From positions 1-64,000 of the forward strand of contig OY253670.1 of assembly GCA_958009085.1 (NCBI GenBank): a stretch of DNA of 64,000 bases, read 5' to 3'. Both the position numbers and the translations under genes were made by a program. The first letter of the stretch is position 1; every line of letters starts with the position of its first letter. The DNA is from Protoeuglena noctilucae. Its lineage: Eukaryota. Below the pieces are notes generated by a model. That model had not been told where the DNA came from. It saw nothing but the letters and a program-made list of their open reading frames with translations, and made no database searches. Positions 63,624-64,000 of this stretch are shown here, one piece after another.

Positions 63624-64000
63624 ATGTCGGCCATCCGCAGCGTGCTAGGAAGCCTTACTCCCGGAATGCATCCCTTTTCCGCCATGAATCGGCGCATCGA
63701 AGAGCAGGAGGCCACGGCGGCAACCCCGGTAAGCCCCGATTGGGACAAATTCACCGTAACAGCAGTGCCTCGGAGCGCGCCCCACACACTGCATGGACAC
63801 ATTCAGGCGCCTCCGCTCCCACCCCACCATCACACGAAACACCATCTCGTCCTGTCCGCAGAGCGCGCCCCACGCCATGGTGCCCCCCGTGTGGGCTGCG
63901 GCACAGTTTCGCCCGACCCCCTTCACAATCCCTCCTTACTCCAATTACCCGGGCTTCCTGTACGGTCCCAGCCTCGCGAGCTTTCCCCAACTCGCGGCAG
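63624..64000 (+). CDS. Possible 5' end of an unknown gene running off the window
   Basis: Open frame MSAIRSVLGSLTPG...GHIQ followed by a putative GC-AG intron (~63807-63861). No domain recognised. Confidence 0.25.
   Translation, partial: MSAIRSVLGSLTPGMHPFSAMNRRIEEQEATAATPVSPDWDKFTVTAVPRSAPHTLHGHIQAPPLPPHHHTKHHLVLSAERAPRHGAPRVGCGTVSPDPLHNPSLLQLPGLPVRSQPRELSPTRG

Overview
This looks like the left end of a chromosome from a GC-rich, intron-rich photosynthetic eukaryote, most likely a chlorophyte green alga. The inference rests on CCCTAA telomere repeats, plant-type H+-PPase, SFC1, DEX1 and ELIP-like genes, and a permuted tRNA. About 19 spliced genes or gene fragments can be reconstructed by hand: a telomere-truncated V-ATPase subunit a, 3R-MYB, coiled-coil/kelch protein, V-PPase, SFC1 carrier, DEAD-box helicase, ankyrin protein, pterin carbinolamine dehydratase, NHA antiporter, DEX1, an LDWG-repeat protein, NAT9, a peptidoglycan-binding-domain protein, LSM8, a beta-helix protein, BTB-BACK, ELIP-like, UvrD and WLM protease. 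Many introns use GC donors. The most unusual part is 13.4-22.2 kb. There a circularly permuted tRNA-Ser(AGA) gene and a normal tRNA-Arg(CCT) gene face inward around an accessory island. The island holds near-identical ~665-bp inverted repeats enclosing a decayed, intron-containing serine-recombinase (resolvase)-like gene, followed by a 22-bp-period repeat array. All calls come from manual reading with no database searches, so exon boundaries of poorly conserved genes are approximate.
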